The notes beneath the pieces were generated by a model that was not told the origin of the DNA, made no database searches, and worked only from the letters and a program-made list of their open reading frames with translations. Positions 17,590-27,205 of a stretch of 45,705 nt of DNA are shown here, in pieces (within the stretch, counting starts at the first letter, position 1; each line of letters opens with the position of its first letter). The stretch comes from Thermoproteota archaeon (GTDB taxonomy: Archaea > Korarchaeota > Korarchaeia > Korarchaeales > Korarchaeaceae). A program made the translations under genes and the position numbers. The stretch spans positions 1 to 45,705 of the forward strand of contig JAOZFN010000002.1 of NCBI GenBank assembly GCA_027492205.1, written 5' to 3'.

Positions 17590-18075
17590 ACTGGGTTCTA
17601 CTGCTGCGTGGCCGACCCGGTAAACCTGCTGTGGGAGAAGTCCGGCGGGGACCTGTACCCCTGCGCGGTTCACACGACCCTCGTTGGCCACGGGTGGGAC
17701 CACGCCTCTGGCAACCCGAACTACGTCTACGACCCCATATGCGGGTGGAGGCCCGGGGGCGTACTCGCTGGGAAAGGACTACCTTGGAATTTGCTACCTG
17801 ACAAGCGATTACGATAGGTACCACGTGAGGCTCTGGAAGGTCCATAAGGGCGGGTACGGCGGGGTCGATGTCGTGGGGAGGTCCACGGCGGACACTTGGC
17901 TACACGAGGCAGTCCTCTACGAGGAGGCTGAAGGCGAGGCGTCCGACGCCTTCTGGGGCTGGGACTACGCCGGGCAGGTCTACCTGCACAACGCCGAGGG
18001 GAGCCCCGGGGACCCAGAGCACTACAACGACGGCTGGGCGCCGAAGTTGCCCTACCCCCCGGGCCGACTCCCGCC
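17590..18075 (+). pseudogene. Degraded/frameshifted LssY-C-like extracellular domain
   Basis: DPVNLLWE in one frame and DRYHVRLW...HEAVLYEEAE...YNDGWA in another, joined at the G run 17755-17759; no clean start. Confidence 0.45.
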
Positions 18076-18082
18076 CCTCGAC

Positions 18083-18090
18083 TTTTTTTT
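18083..18090 (+). terminator. Oligo(T) terminator candidate
   Basis: T8 run in a GC-rich context between two genes. Confidence 0.35.
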
Positions 18091-18113
18091 GGGATGCCGG
18101 TGGGCTGGCCAAC

Positions 18114-18608
18114 GTGCCCGAAGAGCGGAGATCGGGCCGCCTGCCCGCAGCCTGGGCGCTCACGATCCTGCTCCCTCCCCTGGTTTGGGCCCTGGCCTGC
18201 CCGGGCGAGGGCTGCCCGTTTTTCCTCGTGGAGCTGGGGATGGGCATCCAGCCCATACTGGGCCTGATCTGGCTAGAGGCCCTGTTGGCGGTCTCCTCGG
18301 AGTGGTTGCGGGGGAGGCCAGCCCTGGCCTTCCTCCTGGGATCGCTCGGCGTGTTCTCCACGCTCACGTCACCCTACCTGGCCCCCGCTCTCCCCCTCGT
18401 CCCGGCCCTGGGGCCAGCCGAGTTCCTGCGGGATCTCCTGGGCACTCCGCTCCTCCTCCCGCCCGCCCTCCTCTCCTTCTCCTGGGGCTTCGGGGCGGCC
18501 GTGGCAGCCGGCCTGATGGGCGAGGGAAGGAGGGAGGCGGGCTACGTCCTGACGGCCCTGGTCGCGCTTGCCGGCGGCCTGTTCAACCTCGCGCTCGTTG
18601 TGGACTGA
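18114..18608 (+). CDS. Hypothetical membrane protein
   Basis: Several hydrophobic helices; host-like codon usage; GTG start inferred. Confidence 0.6.
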   Translation: MPEERRSGRLPAAWALTILLPPLVWALACPGEGCPFFLVELGMGIQPILGLIWLEALLAVSSEWLRGRPALAFLLGSLGVFSTLTSPYLAPALPLVPALGPAEFLRDLLGTPLLLPPALLSFSWGFGAAVAAGLMGEGRREAGYVLTALVALAGGLFNLALVVD

Positions 18609-18972
18609 CCCCCAGCCGGGCCCCGCAGCGGCCGCCATGGGGGCGCCTCCACGACAGGTACCACGTTAGGCCCTTCCTGATGGTGGACCGAGGGCGGGAT
18701 GTTCAGCACACCGCACGCGCTACTCACCTCCCTGATCGCCCCTCTGTGAAAACTCCTGAGGTCTCCAACCTACCTCCCGGAACGCGTGTGGCCGGCGCGT
18801 GGGTAAGGCGGCGCGTTGCCCACGGCCCTTGACATCCAAATCAGCACGCAGCAAGCCAACCAACGGCCCACCCGCGAGGGTCGACGCGGGGGCCGCTCAG
18901 AGTTGGGCCTCGGTGTGTGAGGGGTCCATCGTCTGATGATTAATTTTAAAATCACTGAATTCACGAATTCTT

Positions 18973-19215
18973 GTGAGCAGGACAACCATAACCGTCAGCG
19001 AGGATCTGAAGAGGAGGCTCGCGGCCCTTAAGGGCGAGAAGACCTGGGACGAGTTCCTGTCGGAGCTGGTCGAGGAGGCCCTGGCGCGGAGGATAGAGGC
19101 GGTCGAGGCCTTTCTCAGGGAGACCTCGGACAGGAGGGACCTATCCTTTGAGAGGGTTCGGCTGAGGCTGATGGACGATGAGGCGGGTGATGATCGACAC
19201 AGACGTCCTCATTGA
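18973..19215 (+). CDS. VapB-type antitoxin (RHH-like)
   Basis: MSRTTITVSEDLKRRLAALKGEKTWDEFL; overlaps the PIN gene. Confidence 0.85.
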   Translation: MSRTTITVSEDLKRRLAALKGEKTWDEFLSELVEEALARRIEAVEAFLRETSDRRDLSFERVRLRLMDDEAGDDRHRRPH

Positions 19216-19543
19216 CGTGGAGAAGGGGAAGAGAGATCTCCCCAGGGCCCACCTCTTCATATCCTGGATCTCCCTGTACGAGTTCCTGAGGGGGAGGGAG
19301 GACTACGGGGAGGCCAAGGAGATCGTCGAGAGGGTGTTCAAGGTCGTCTACCCCTCCAACGAGGTCTTGAGGATCGCCGCGGAGATCTACAGGGATTTAA
19401 GGAGGCGAGGGGAGCCCGTGGAGGAGAGGGACGTGATAATAGCCGCCTCCGCCATCGCCCACGACTTCCCCCTGATGACCAGAAACAGGGAGCACTATGA
19501 GAGGCTCGTCAGGTATGGATTGAGGCTCACGCCCACGGACTGA
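19178..19543 (+). CDS. VapC PIN-domain toxin
   Basis: MIDTDVLID, SLYEFLRG, ERDVIIAASAIAH, LMTRNREHYER. Confidence 0.92.
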   Translation: MRRVMIDTDVLIDVEKGKRDLPRAHLFISWISLYEFLRGREDYGEAKEIVERVFKVVYPSNEVLRIAAEIYRDLRRRGEPVEERDVIIAASAIAHDFPLMTRNREHYERLVRYGLRLTPTD

Positions 19544-19590
19544 GACCGACCGGGCGTCAACACCCCCGAACTAAGATCCCCCGCCGCGCC

Positions 19591-20079
19591 TCAGGTCCTT
19601 TCAATCGCGGCCTTGAGTTCCTCGTAGACCCTCTCGAGCGACTCGCTTATCACCTTGGTCTCGGCTATGACGGGCATGAAGTTGGTGTCCCCGTTCCACC
19701 TTGGGACCACGTGAACGTGCACGTGACCCTCGAAGCCAGCCCCTGCGACCCTGCCCACGTTCACGCCTATGTTGAACCCGTGGGGAGAGAAGGCCTCCCT
19801 CAGCGCCCTCATGGACTTCACAGTCAGCTCCCACACCTCGAGGGCCTCCTCCGGGGTCAGGTCCTCTAGGGAGGGGACGTGCCTGTAGGGGGCGACCATG
19901 AGGTGGCCGGGGTTGTAGGGGAAGCGGTTCAGCAGGACGAAGGCCCTCTCTCCGCGGAGGAGAATGAGACTCTCCCTATCGTCACTCCTCTTGGGCAGCT
20001 CGCAGAATATGCACCCCATATCTTCCCGAGCCGCGACCTTCACGTATTCAGCCCGCCAGAAGGCCCAGAGCCGCTCCAT
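19591..20079 (-). CDS. HIT family hydrolase (Ap4A phosphorylase/FHIT-like)
   Basis: MERLWAFWRAEY, CIFC, LNRFPYNPGHLMVAP, HVHVHVVPRWNGD. Confidence 0.92.
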   Translation of the reverse strand: MERLWAFWRAEYVKVAAREDMGCIFCELPKRSDDRESLILLRGERAFVLLNRFPYNPGHLMVAPYRHVPSLEDLTPEEALEVWELTVKSMRALREAFSPHGFNIGVNVGRVAGAGFEGHVHVHVVPRWNGDTNFMPVIAETKVISESLERVYEELKAAIERT

Positions 20080-20217
20080 GAGCGCTCGGAGGTCGCGGCA
20101 TCGGGCTGTTATTATCACTTTCCCATCCGCGGCCAGGCAGGTTGATCTCCCAGCGCGCCTCCCGGGGTTACCCTGATCCGTCGCCTCATCCACAGGTCCG
20201 CTCGCTCATGAGCTCGG

Positions 20218-21081
20218 TCAGCCCCCTGGGGGTCCAATGCTCTCCGCAACTTTGAGCAGGGTGTCGGCGTCAAACCACCCGGAGACCCTGTACTCACACC
20301 ACAACCCCTCGCAGGGTATTATCAGCGTCACGGATCCAGCCAGAGGCCCCGGCTTGCACCCGGCGTATATCGCGCCGGGCCTCTCTCCCCTCCTCCATAT
20401 GATCGGGACGTACTCCCAGCGCGGCTTCACCAGAGCCCATGCATTCAGCTTATTGACTCCGACAAGCTTTGCCGGGCTTAGGTCAACGCCACAGGCTAGT
20501 TTAGCTACCTCTACCACGAACTGGGTCTCATTCGACAAGGAATTCAGCACGCGCTGGGGATCGTACTCCCCCTCTCTCGAGGGGGAGGCGCTTAGGCAAG
20601 ATATGGAGATCACTAGAATTGGTCTATCTGGGTTTTCTAGAGCAGATTCGATCGAGTTGTAGAACAAAAGCGCAGCTGTATCCTGCCTCAGCGTTAGGTT
20701 GTAGACAGAGACCTCCTCGGGAATTTCCTTGGGAATTGGGACTGCCACGCCACAAACTGAGATAAACTGTGGGAGATCGCTGATTTTGGCTAGATCTGCC
20801 GCTTTAAGCCTGATAGGCTGCGAGGGAGGGGGTGAAGTAAGACCTTCGATGAGACCGAGGTACTCCTCGGGAATTGCGTAGACCCTCACACCATCCACCA
20901 TTCCCAAGAAACCTTGTTGGCCGGTGAATATTTCAGGGTGCGCTCCAACGACCGCTTCGGCTTTCTCCTGAGCCGAGTTGGGCGAGCCGCTGAATGTGGT
21001 GCCGATGAGCAGCGAACCTACTAGGAGAAGACCCGCTACCGCAATTGTGTCACGATACCCCCGTGCTTTGAGGAGAAACAT
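20218..21081 (-). CDS. Hypothetical exported/membrane-anchored protein
   Basis: N-terminal hydrophobic helix; C-terminal YRVSGWFDADTLLKVAESI (DUF4367-like); lower GC than its neighbours. Confidence 0.6.
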   Translation of the reverse strand: MFLLKARGYRDTIAVAGLLLVGSLLIGTTFSGSPNSAQEKAEAVVGAHPEIFTGQQGFLGMVDGVRVYAIPEEYLGLIEGLTSPPPSQPIRLKAADLAKISDLPQFISVCGVAVPIPKEIPEEVSVYNLTLRQDTAALLFYNSIESALENPDRPILVISISCLSASPSREGEYDPQRVLNSLSNETQFVVEVAKLACGVDLSPAKLVGVNKLNAWALVKPRWEYVPIIWRRGERPGAIYAGCKPGPLAGSVTLIIPCEGLWCEYRVSGWFDADTLLKVAESIGPPGG

Positions 21082-21158
21082 TGCCCACCACGACGCCGCT
21101 GCCTAGAACCCCAAGCCCTTAATACCCATCCGCCAGCATGCCCGTCTGGAGGGTAGCC

Positions 21159-21776
21159 TTGTCTCAGGTCTACGTCTGCGAGATCTGCGGCGGCACGTTC
21201 GTCGGGAGGCCTGTGGTGATCGACCTGGGCGGATACAAGGCTACGGTCTGCCCCTCCTGCGCCAGGAAGATACAGGCCAGCAGGAGGGCCGCCGCTAAGG
21301 GCAGGGAGAAGGTTCCCCTGCCCAGGAAGCCCGTCAGGGCCCCTCTGGCTGAGGCCCCCGAGAAGGTCCGACCCCTCAAGGGCGCGGGGGCCAAGCCGAA
21401 GGTCGAGGCCCCAAAGCCCAGGAGGAGGGCCAGGAGGGAGCCGGGCCCCGGGGAGTTCACCCTCGTGGAGAACTACGGGCAGGTGCTCAGGAGGGCCAGG
21501 CAGGAGCTCGGCCTCACGGTCGAGTGGGTCGCAGAGGCCGCCAACATCAAGGCCTCGCTCCTCAGGAACATCGAGGCCCAGAAGATCGCGCCCAGCTACA
21601 GGGTCGCCCGGACGCTGGAGAGAATTCTGGAGGTAAGGATAATCTCGAGGGGTCCCCCGCCTGAGGAGGAGGCGCCCAGCTACGCCCCGCCTCAGCCCGA
21701 CAGGCCCCTGACGCTGGGAGAGGTCCTCAACATCAAGAAGAAGGGAGAGAGGGATAAGGGAAGGGGGGTGGGCTGA
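21159..21776 (+). CDS. Archaeal multiprotein bridging factor 1 (aMBF1)
   Basis: CEICG...VCPSCA Zn ribbon, LVENYGQVLRRAR HTH, LTLGE tail. Confidence 0.9.
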   Translation: MSQVYVCEICGGTFVGRPVVIDLGGYKATVCPSCARKIQASRRAAAKGREKVPLPRKPVRAPLAEAPEKVRPLKGAGAKPKVEAPKPRRRARREPGPGEFTLVENYGQVLRRARQELGLTVEWVAEAANIKASLLRNIEAQKIAPSYRVARTLERILEVRIISRGPPPEEEAPSYAPPQPDRPLTLGEVLNIKKKGERDKGRGVG

Positions 21777-21778
21777 GG

Positions 21779-22939
21779 TTGCCCACCAACATACCGCCCG
21801 AGGCCTGGGCGAAGTTCGAAGAATACAGGAGGGCTAAGACTCCGGAGGAGAAGCTGAGGAAGCTCCAAGAGTTCATGGCCCTCATGCCCAAGCACAAGGG
21901 CACGGAGAAGATGGAGAAGTTCCTCAGGAGGAAGATGGCCGAGCTCAGAGAGGAGATCGAGCGCAAAAGGGCGAGGAAGGCAAGGCGCGGGGGCCCGGGG
22001 ATATTCGTCGAGAAGAAGGGGGCGGCCCAAGTCGTGCTCCTGGGGTTCACCAACTCGGGCAGGAGCACCGTGCTGAGCGTGCTGACCAACGCGAGGCCCG
22101 AGGTATCCCCCGCCCCATTCACGACCGTCGGCAGGCCCGAGGAGGGAATGATGGAGTTCAGGGGCGCCCAGATACACTTCGTTGAGGCTCCACCCGTCCT
22201 GAGAGAGGGTGGGCACCTCACTAGACTGGCCCTCGGGCTCGCTGGAAACGCCGACGCGATAGGGTTCGTGGTCGATGGCTCCAGAGACCCGGTCGGCGAC
22301 CTGAGGGACCTCCTGGCAATAGTGGAGTCCGCCGGCATAAAGGTCGGGAGGCCCGAGGGGCGCGTGAGGATAGTCAGGTCCAGGGGCGTGGACAGCGTCA
22401 TCGTCAGGAGGAGGGGGGTCATAGTCGACGGGACCGAGGCGGACGTTCGCCAGCTCCTAGAGTCCTACGGGATGGACAGGGTCATCGTGGAGATAGACGG
22501 TAGGGTCCACCTGTCGGACGTGGAGGAGGCCCTGCTTGGAGAGAAGAGGTACAAGCCAGCCCTGGTCTTCGTCACCAGGTGCGACCTCACCACCGAGGGG
22601 CTCGAGAGGGTTAGGAGTGAGTTTGGGGACGTCATGCCCGTGGTCCCCATCTCCCCCAGAGAGCCCCCGGACACGGAGAAGCTGGGCGAGCTGGTCCTGA
22701 AGCTCACGGGCGTCATAAGGATATTCACGAAACCCGTCGGGAGGAGGGAACCCTCGGAGAGGGCCCTCATCCTGGAGAGGGGGTCCACGGTCGCCGACGC
22801 GGCGAGGGCCATACACGAGCACCTGTACAGGCAATTCAAGTACGCCAAGGTCTGGAGTTCCAGGCTGCCCTACAGCCCCATGAGGGTCGGGGCGGACTTC
22901 GAGCTCGAGGACGGAGACGTAATAGAGATCCACGCCTGA
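21779..22939 (+). CDS. DRG/OBG-family GTPase with a TGS domain
   Basis: MPTNIPPEA, PKHKGTEK, GFTNSGRST, PFTT, IRIFTKP, FKYAKVW, LEDGDVIEIH. Confidence 0.88.
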   Translation: MPTNIPPEAWAKFEEYRRAKTPEEKLRKLQEFMALMPKHKGTEKMEKFLRRKMAELREEIERKRARKARRGGPGIFVEKKGAAQVVLLGFTNSGRSTVLSVLTNARPEVSPAPFTTVGRPEEGMMEFRGAQIHFVEAPPVLREGGHLTRLALGLAGNADAIGFVVDGSRDPVGDLRDLLAIVESAGIKVGRPEGRVRIVRSRGVDSVIVRRRGVIVDGTEADVRQLLESYGMDRVIVEIDGRVHLSDVEEALLGEKRYKPALVFVTRCDLTTEGLERVRSEFGDVMPVVPISPREPPDTEKLGELVLKLTGVIRIFTKPVGRREPSERALILERGSTVADAARAIHEHLYRQFKYAKVWSSRLPYSPMRVGADFELEDGDVIEIHA

Positions 22940-22954
22940 TTGGGGTGACCGGCC

Positions 22955-23644
22955 ATGACGACGGTCGAGGAGGAGAAGGCGCTGGCCGCCAGGCACGCCC
23001 TCGAGAGGATTCCCCCAGACGCCAGGGTGGTCGGACTGGGGAGCGGCAGCACGGTCGAGGCCTTCGTCAGGGAGCTCAAGAGGTCCGACCTATCCAAGAG
23101 GCTTAGGTTCGTGCCCTCCTCCAGCCAGATAGAGGAGGCGGCCCTGCGGGCTGGCCTGGAGCTGGTGGACATAGACCACGTGGAGACCGTCGACTTCACC
23201 GTCGACGGGGCCGACGAGATCGATCCCAACCTGAACCTCCTGAAGGGTGGTGGAGGGGCCCTGACCAGGGAGAAGGTCCTGGCCGTGAACTCCGACGTCT
23301 ACGTGATCATAGCGGACCACAGGAAGGTGGTGAGGTCCCTCTGCTCCACCCACGCCCTCCCCGTCGAGGTCCTCCGATACGGGAGGACCCACGTGGCCAG
23401 GCTGATAGCCGAGGCGGTCAACGGGATACCCGAGCTCAGGCTCACCAGGTTCGGCATCCCCTTTACCACGGACAACGGGAACTACGTGCTGGACGTGACC
23501 ATGCCGGAGCCCCTCGAGGACCCAGAGGCGACGCTCACCCAGCTGAAGCTCATCCCGGGCGTGGTCGAGGTGGGTCTGTTCGTGGGGCTCGCCGACGAGG
23601 CGTACGTCGCCGAGGGAGGAGAGGTCAGGGTTATCTCCTCGTAG
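22955..23644 (+). CDS. rpiA: Ribose-5-phosphate isomerase A
   Basis: GLGSGST, DGADEID, KGGGGALTREK, TDNGNY, GVVEVGLF. Confidence 0.95.
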   Translation: MTTVEEEKALAARHALERIPPDARVVGLGSGSTVEAFVRELKRSDLSKRLRFVPSSSQIEEAALRAGLELVDIDHVETVDFTVDGADEIDPNLNLLKGGGGALTREKVLAVNSDVYVIIADHRKVVRSLCSTHALPVEVLRYGRTHVARLIAEAVNGIPELRLTRFGIPFTTDNGNYVLDVTMPEPLEDPEATLTQLKLIPGVVEVGLFVGLADEAYVAEGGEVRVISS

Positions 23645-23915
23645 GAAGGCGCCTGCCAGTGAGCTTGGCCAAGGCCCTGGCCTCGTGGATCCTCCTGCTC
23701 TCCAGCATCCACTCCAGGGCCTCGTCCACGTGCTCGGGCGGGAGGGGGTTCAGCCTCATGTATTCCCCCAGCCCCTCCCTGATGAGCTGGTACCTCTGCC
23801 CGTCGCTGAGCCTCCTAAAGCCACGGAAGTATCCGTGTCTGACCAGGTAGGCGTGGGCTTTTCTGGCCCACCTGGCGCCCTCGCGTCCCTCGGGCTGGCG
23901 AAGGGGTGCCCCCAA
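23631..23915 (-). CDS. Hypothetical protein
   Basis: ORF with host codon bias, 3 nt downstream of the preceding gene. Confidence 0.55.
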   Translation of the reverse strand: MGAPLRQPEGREGARWARKAHAYLVRHGYFRGFRRLSDGQRYQLIREGLGEYMRLNPLPPEHVDEALEWMLESRRIHEARALAKLTGRRLPTRR

Positions 23916-23918
23916 CGG

Positions 23919-24968
23919 TCAACCCCCCTTCAAGACGATCAGGTAGGCTAGGAGGCCGAAGGTGAGTTGGTTCAGCAGCGTGATCACGTCCGACGCCACC
24001 AGGATCAGGGCTGCGGCCATCTCTCTCGTGAGGCCAAGCGCCTCGAGGAGGCCGACGCTCGCCCACTCCCTCAGACCGAGGTTCCCGCCGGGTATGCCGA
24101 GCGGAAGGCGGAGCAATATGATGTTGACCGAGTATACCAGGACACCGGCCAGGAGGGGGAAGTCCGGCTTCAGGGCGTGGAGCAAGATGAGAATGGGCGT
24201 CATGTCCATCAGCCACCCGCCAAGTGATATCGCGACCACTTTTACCATCAGGGGGAGGTTCTCTCGGAGCCGGGCGTATCCCTCCAGGTAGTCGTCTGCT
24301 ATCGCCCTCACCGCGGATATGTCCCGCCTCGTGAGCCTCTCCGCCATCCTGAGTATTCCCCCAAGGACGCGCTCGCTGGTGGTCGCAAGAAGACCCACGA
24401 TGACGAGCACCCCGCTCGCTCCCGCGAGCATGAGGGCCCTGGCCCCGGCCTCAGAGCCCTCCATCCCTGAGAGCAGGAGGTATGCCGACCCCCCTCCCAC
24501 GTACACCACGAAGGGCATCAGCATGGTTATCCTGTGTGCGGTTATCGAGGACGCCGCCTCGCCTATGCTCAGCCCTCCCCTCTTGTGGGCCAGGTAGGTC
24601 CTCGTGGCGTCCGCGGATAGGGGGCCCGCCGGGATTATGAGGCTGGCCAGGGTGCCGACCCACGAGATCAGGTATGCGTCCCTGAAGGAAAGCTTCCCCT
24701 CCAGCAGGACGTACCACCCGAGGGTGTACAGCAGGAACCCGGCGTGGAAGGAGAGAAGGGAGAGGAAGACGGGCCTCCACCCTATCCTCGAAACCGCATC
24801 CGCCAGGAGCTGGGGATCGGCTCCCCTGAAGAGCAGAACGAGGGCGGCCAGGCCGGCTATGCCAAGCACCACGGTGGTTACCCTGGCCTTGAGGGTTCCC
24901 AGCCCCGCCAGCAGTTCATCCTGAAGGGTGCTCTCGTCGTCGACCCCCTCTCTCCGCAAGCCACTCAC
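23919..24968 (-). CDS. UPF0104 / lysylphosphatidylglycerol-synthase TM (flippase-like) protein
   Basis: Multi-TM; IIPAGPLSADATR and LPLGIPGGNLGLRE motifs. Confidence 0.8.
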   Translation of the reverse strand: MSGLRREGVDDESTLQDELLAGLGTLKARVTTVVLGIAGLAALVLLFRGADPQLLADAVSRIGWRPVFLSLLSFHAGFLLYTLGWYVLLEGKLSFRDAYLISWVGTLASLIIPAGPLSADATRTYLAHKRGGLSIGEAASSITAHRITMLMPFVVYVGGGSAYLLLSGMEGSEAGARALMLAGASGVLVIVGLLATTSERVLGGILRMAERLTRRDISAVRAIADDYLEGYARLRENLPLMVKVVAISLGGWLMDMTPILILLHALKPDFPLLAGVLVYSVNIILLRLPLGIPGGNLGLREWASVGLLEALGLTREMAAALILVASDVITLLNQLTFGLLAYLIVLKGG

Positions 24969-25081
24969 CGAGTCACGCCACGCTCCGAAGCCCTTGGGGC
25001 GATCTTACATGAACGTTGCGGCCGGCGCCGGGGACGCGGCGAACTTTAATTTTCCCGGACTCGTAGGTCCCCGGGATCGGT

Positions 25082-25198
25082 GCCGGGGTAGCTCAGACTG
25101 GTCAGAGCGCCGGACTCATAACTGGGTCAAGCGCGGCGGCTCCCGGCGCTCGGTGGGAGATCCGGAGGTCGCGGGTTCAAGTCCCGCCCCCGGCACCA
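25082..25198 (+). tRNA. tRNA-Met(CAU), elongator type, with a 39-nt intron (25121-25159) at 37/38
   Basis: GCCGGGGTAGCTCAG..., CCGGA-CTCATA|intron|A-TCCGG, BHB (CTCA/TGGG), encoded CCA. Confidence 0.9.
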
Positions 25199-25539
25199 CC
25201 GACTGATCTTCCCCGCGGAACTAAATGATCCCCTCGACGCATGCTGCGAAGATGCGCTGGGGGGTAGGAACTATTGAAGGACCCCTCTCAAGAGGGGCCT
25301 GAAACTGGAGTGGCAGTCATATCAGCTTGGCGGAAGGCGCCGGCCGGATCACCCTGCCGCGATGGAACTCAAAGACCTCAATTTACCCCAATCGACGCGT
25401 GGGCGACGTGGAAACATCTGAACGCAGCTTGCCAGTTCCGTGGGTGTTCCCCGAGCCCTGGCCGGAGACCCTTGATCTTCGTGGGGGCAACCTTTTATCC
25501 CACCAAGAGGCGGCAGGCGCGGGGTCTTTCGTCCCCAGT

Positions 25540-25627
25540 GCCGGGGTGCCCTAGCCTGGTAGGGGGCGGGCCTGCTAAGCCCGTGGCCCATCGGGCCGCG
25601 TGGGTTCAAATCCCACCCCCGGCGCCA
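25540..25627 (+). tRNA. tRNA-Ser(GCU)
   Basis: Anticodon arm CGGGC-CTGCTAA-GCCCG; long variable arm; G discriminator plus CCA. Confidence 0.95.
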
Positions 25628-25691
25628 CGCTAATCGGTCCTCTCGCGGGTCGGAGCCAACGGTTAAATAGGGGGAGCCGCACGCCCACCTG

Positions 25692-26165
25692 ATGGAGGGA
25701 GAAGGTGCAGCCAAATTGGAGCAGCGGGAGATCCTGAAGAGGCTGAGGCTCGCTGGGACCACCCTGGAGGGCGACAAGCCGGTCGTCATAGCCCTGACCT
25801 ACATAAAGGGGGTGAGCCACACCCTGGCTAACGCCATCGCAGAGAAGGCCGGCGTGGACAAGTGGGCCCTCCTGGGCACACTCAGCGACGAGCAACTTGC
25901 GAAGATAGAGGAGGTCATGAGAGATCCAGCCAAGTTTGGCATCCCCTGGTGGATGCTCAACAGGCAGAGGGACCCTGAGGACGGCGTGTCCAAGCACATC
26001 ATAGGGGACGACTTGGACTTCGTGGTGAGGCAGGACATCGACAAGATGAAGAAGATGAAGAGCTGGAAGGGCATAAGGCACGCCCTCGGGCTCAAGGTGA
26101 GGGGGCAGAGGACCAAGACCACCGGCAGGGTGGGCAGGACGGTCGGCTACCAGAGGAAGAAGTGA
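25692..26165 (+). CDS. rps13: 30S ribosomal protein S13
   Basis: ALTYIKGV, WMLNRQRD, SWKGIRHALGLKVRGQRTKTTGR; TTAAATA at 25663. Confidence 0.96.
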   Translation: MEGEGAAKLEQREILKRLRLAGTTLEGDKPVVIALTYIKGVSHTLANAIAEKAGVDKWALLGTLSDEQLAKIEEVMRDPAKFGIPWWMLNRQRDPEDGVSKHIIGDDLDFVVRQDIDKMKKMKSWKGIRHALGLKVRGQRTKTTGRVGRTVGYQRKK

Positions 26166-26175
26166 GGTGGGACCC

Positions 26176-26751
26176 ATGGGCGACCCCAAGAGGCCGCGGA
26201 AGAAGTACGAGAGGCCCCTAAAGCCCTGGGACAGGGCGGTCCTCGAGGAGTCCAACAGGCTCGCCGGCATGTATGGCCTGAGGAACAAGAGGGAGCTCTG
26301 GAGGGCCGAGTACATGGCCAGGAAGTACAGGAGGATGGTCAGGGAGGCGCTGGCCCTGCACCCGGAGGAGGCGGCGCAGATCCTGAAGCCGGCGATCCAG
26401 CGCCTCCAGAAGCTCGGCATACTCGGACCAGACGCCACTCCGGACGACATGCTCGACATCACCGCCAAGGACTTCCTCGAGAGGAGGCTCCAGACCCTGG
26501 TCTGGAAGAAGGGACTCGCCAAGTCCCCCTTCCAGGCCAGGCAGTGGATAGTCCACGGGCACGTCTGGGTCGCCGGCCGGAGGATCAGGTCTCCCGGGTA
26601 CCTGGTCCCGGTGAGCGAGGAGGACGCGATAGAGTGCACCCACCCGGAGTACCTGAGAGTCCAGTCGGGCGAGGAGGCCCCCCAGGCCGAGGCGCCCTCA
26701 GAGGCGCCAGCCGAGGCTCAGCCCGAGTCCCCGGAGGGAGGTGAGTCGTGA
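26176..26751 (+). CDS. rps4: 30S ribosomal protein S4
   Basis: [38 protein letters not shown]. Confidence 0.96.
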   Translation: MGDPKRPRKKYERPLKPWDRAVLEESNRLAGMYGLRNKRELWRAEYMARKYRRMVREALALHPEEAAQILKPAIQRLQKLGILGPDATPDDMLDITAKDFLERRLQTLVWKKGLAKSPFQARQWIVHGHVWVAGRRIRSPGYLVPVSEEDAIECTHPEYLRVQSGEEAPQAEAPSEAPAEAQPESPEGGES

Positions 26752-27155
26752 TGTCGGCGGAGACCAAGAAGAAGGGCAAGATAGCCGTCGCCCACATCTA
26801 CTCGTCCTTCAACGACACGATAGTACACGTAACGGACATCACCGGCGCCGAGACCCTCGCCACCTACAGCGGCGGGATGTTCGTCGACGCCGACAGGCTG
26901 GAGGGGTCTCCTTACGCGGCGCTCAAGGCTGCCATGGCGGCGGCCAGGGACCTCAAGAGGAAGGGCATCACCCAGCTGGTGGTCAAGGTCAGGGCGCCCG
27001 GCGGCATCAAGAGCAGGATCCCCGGCCCCGGGGCAACGGCGGCCATAAGGGGTCTTGCCAGGAGCGGCCTGCTCCTGCTCAGGGTAGAGGACGTCACCCC
27101 GATACCGCACGACGGCTGCAGGAAGCCCCACGGCAGGAGGGGCAGGAGGGTCTGA
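26748..27155 (+). CDS. rps11: 30S ribosomal protein S11
   Basis: [33 protein letters not shown]. Confidence 0.96.
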   Translation: MMSAETKKKGKIAVAHIYSSFNDTIVHVTDITGAETLATYSGGMFVDADRLEGSPYAALKAAMAAARDLKRKGITQLVVKVRAPGGIKSRIPGPGATAAIRGLARSGLLLLRVEDVTPIPHDGCRKPHGRRGRRV

Positions 27156-27205
27156 GGGCCTGCCTTAAATAGCTCGGACCCGCATCCCCCCTCCACAGGG
27201 CCCCT

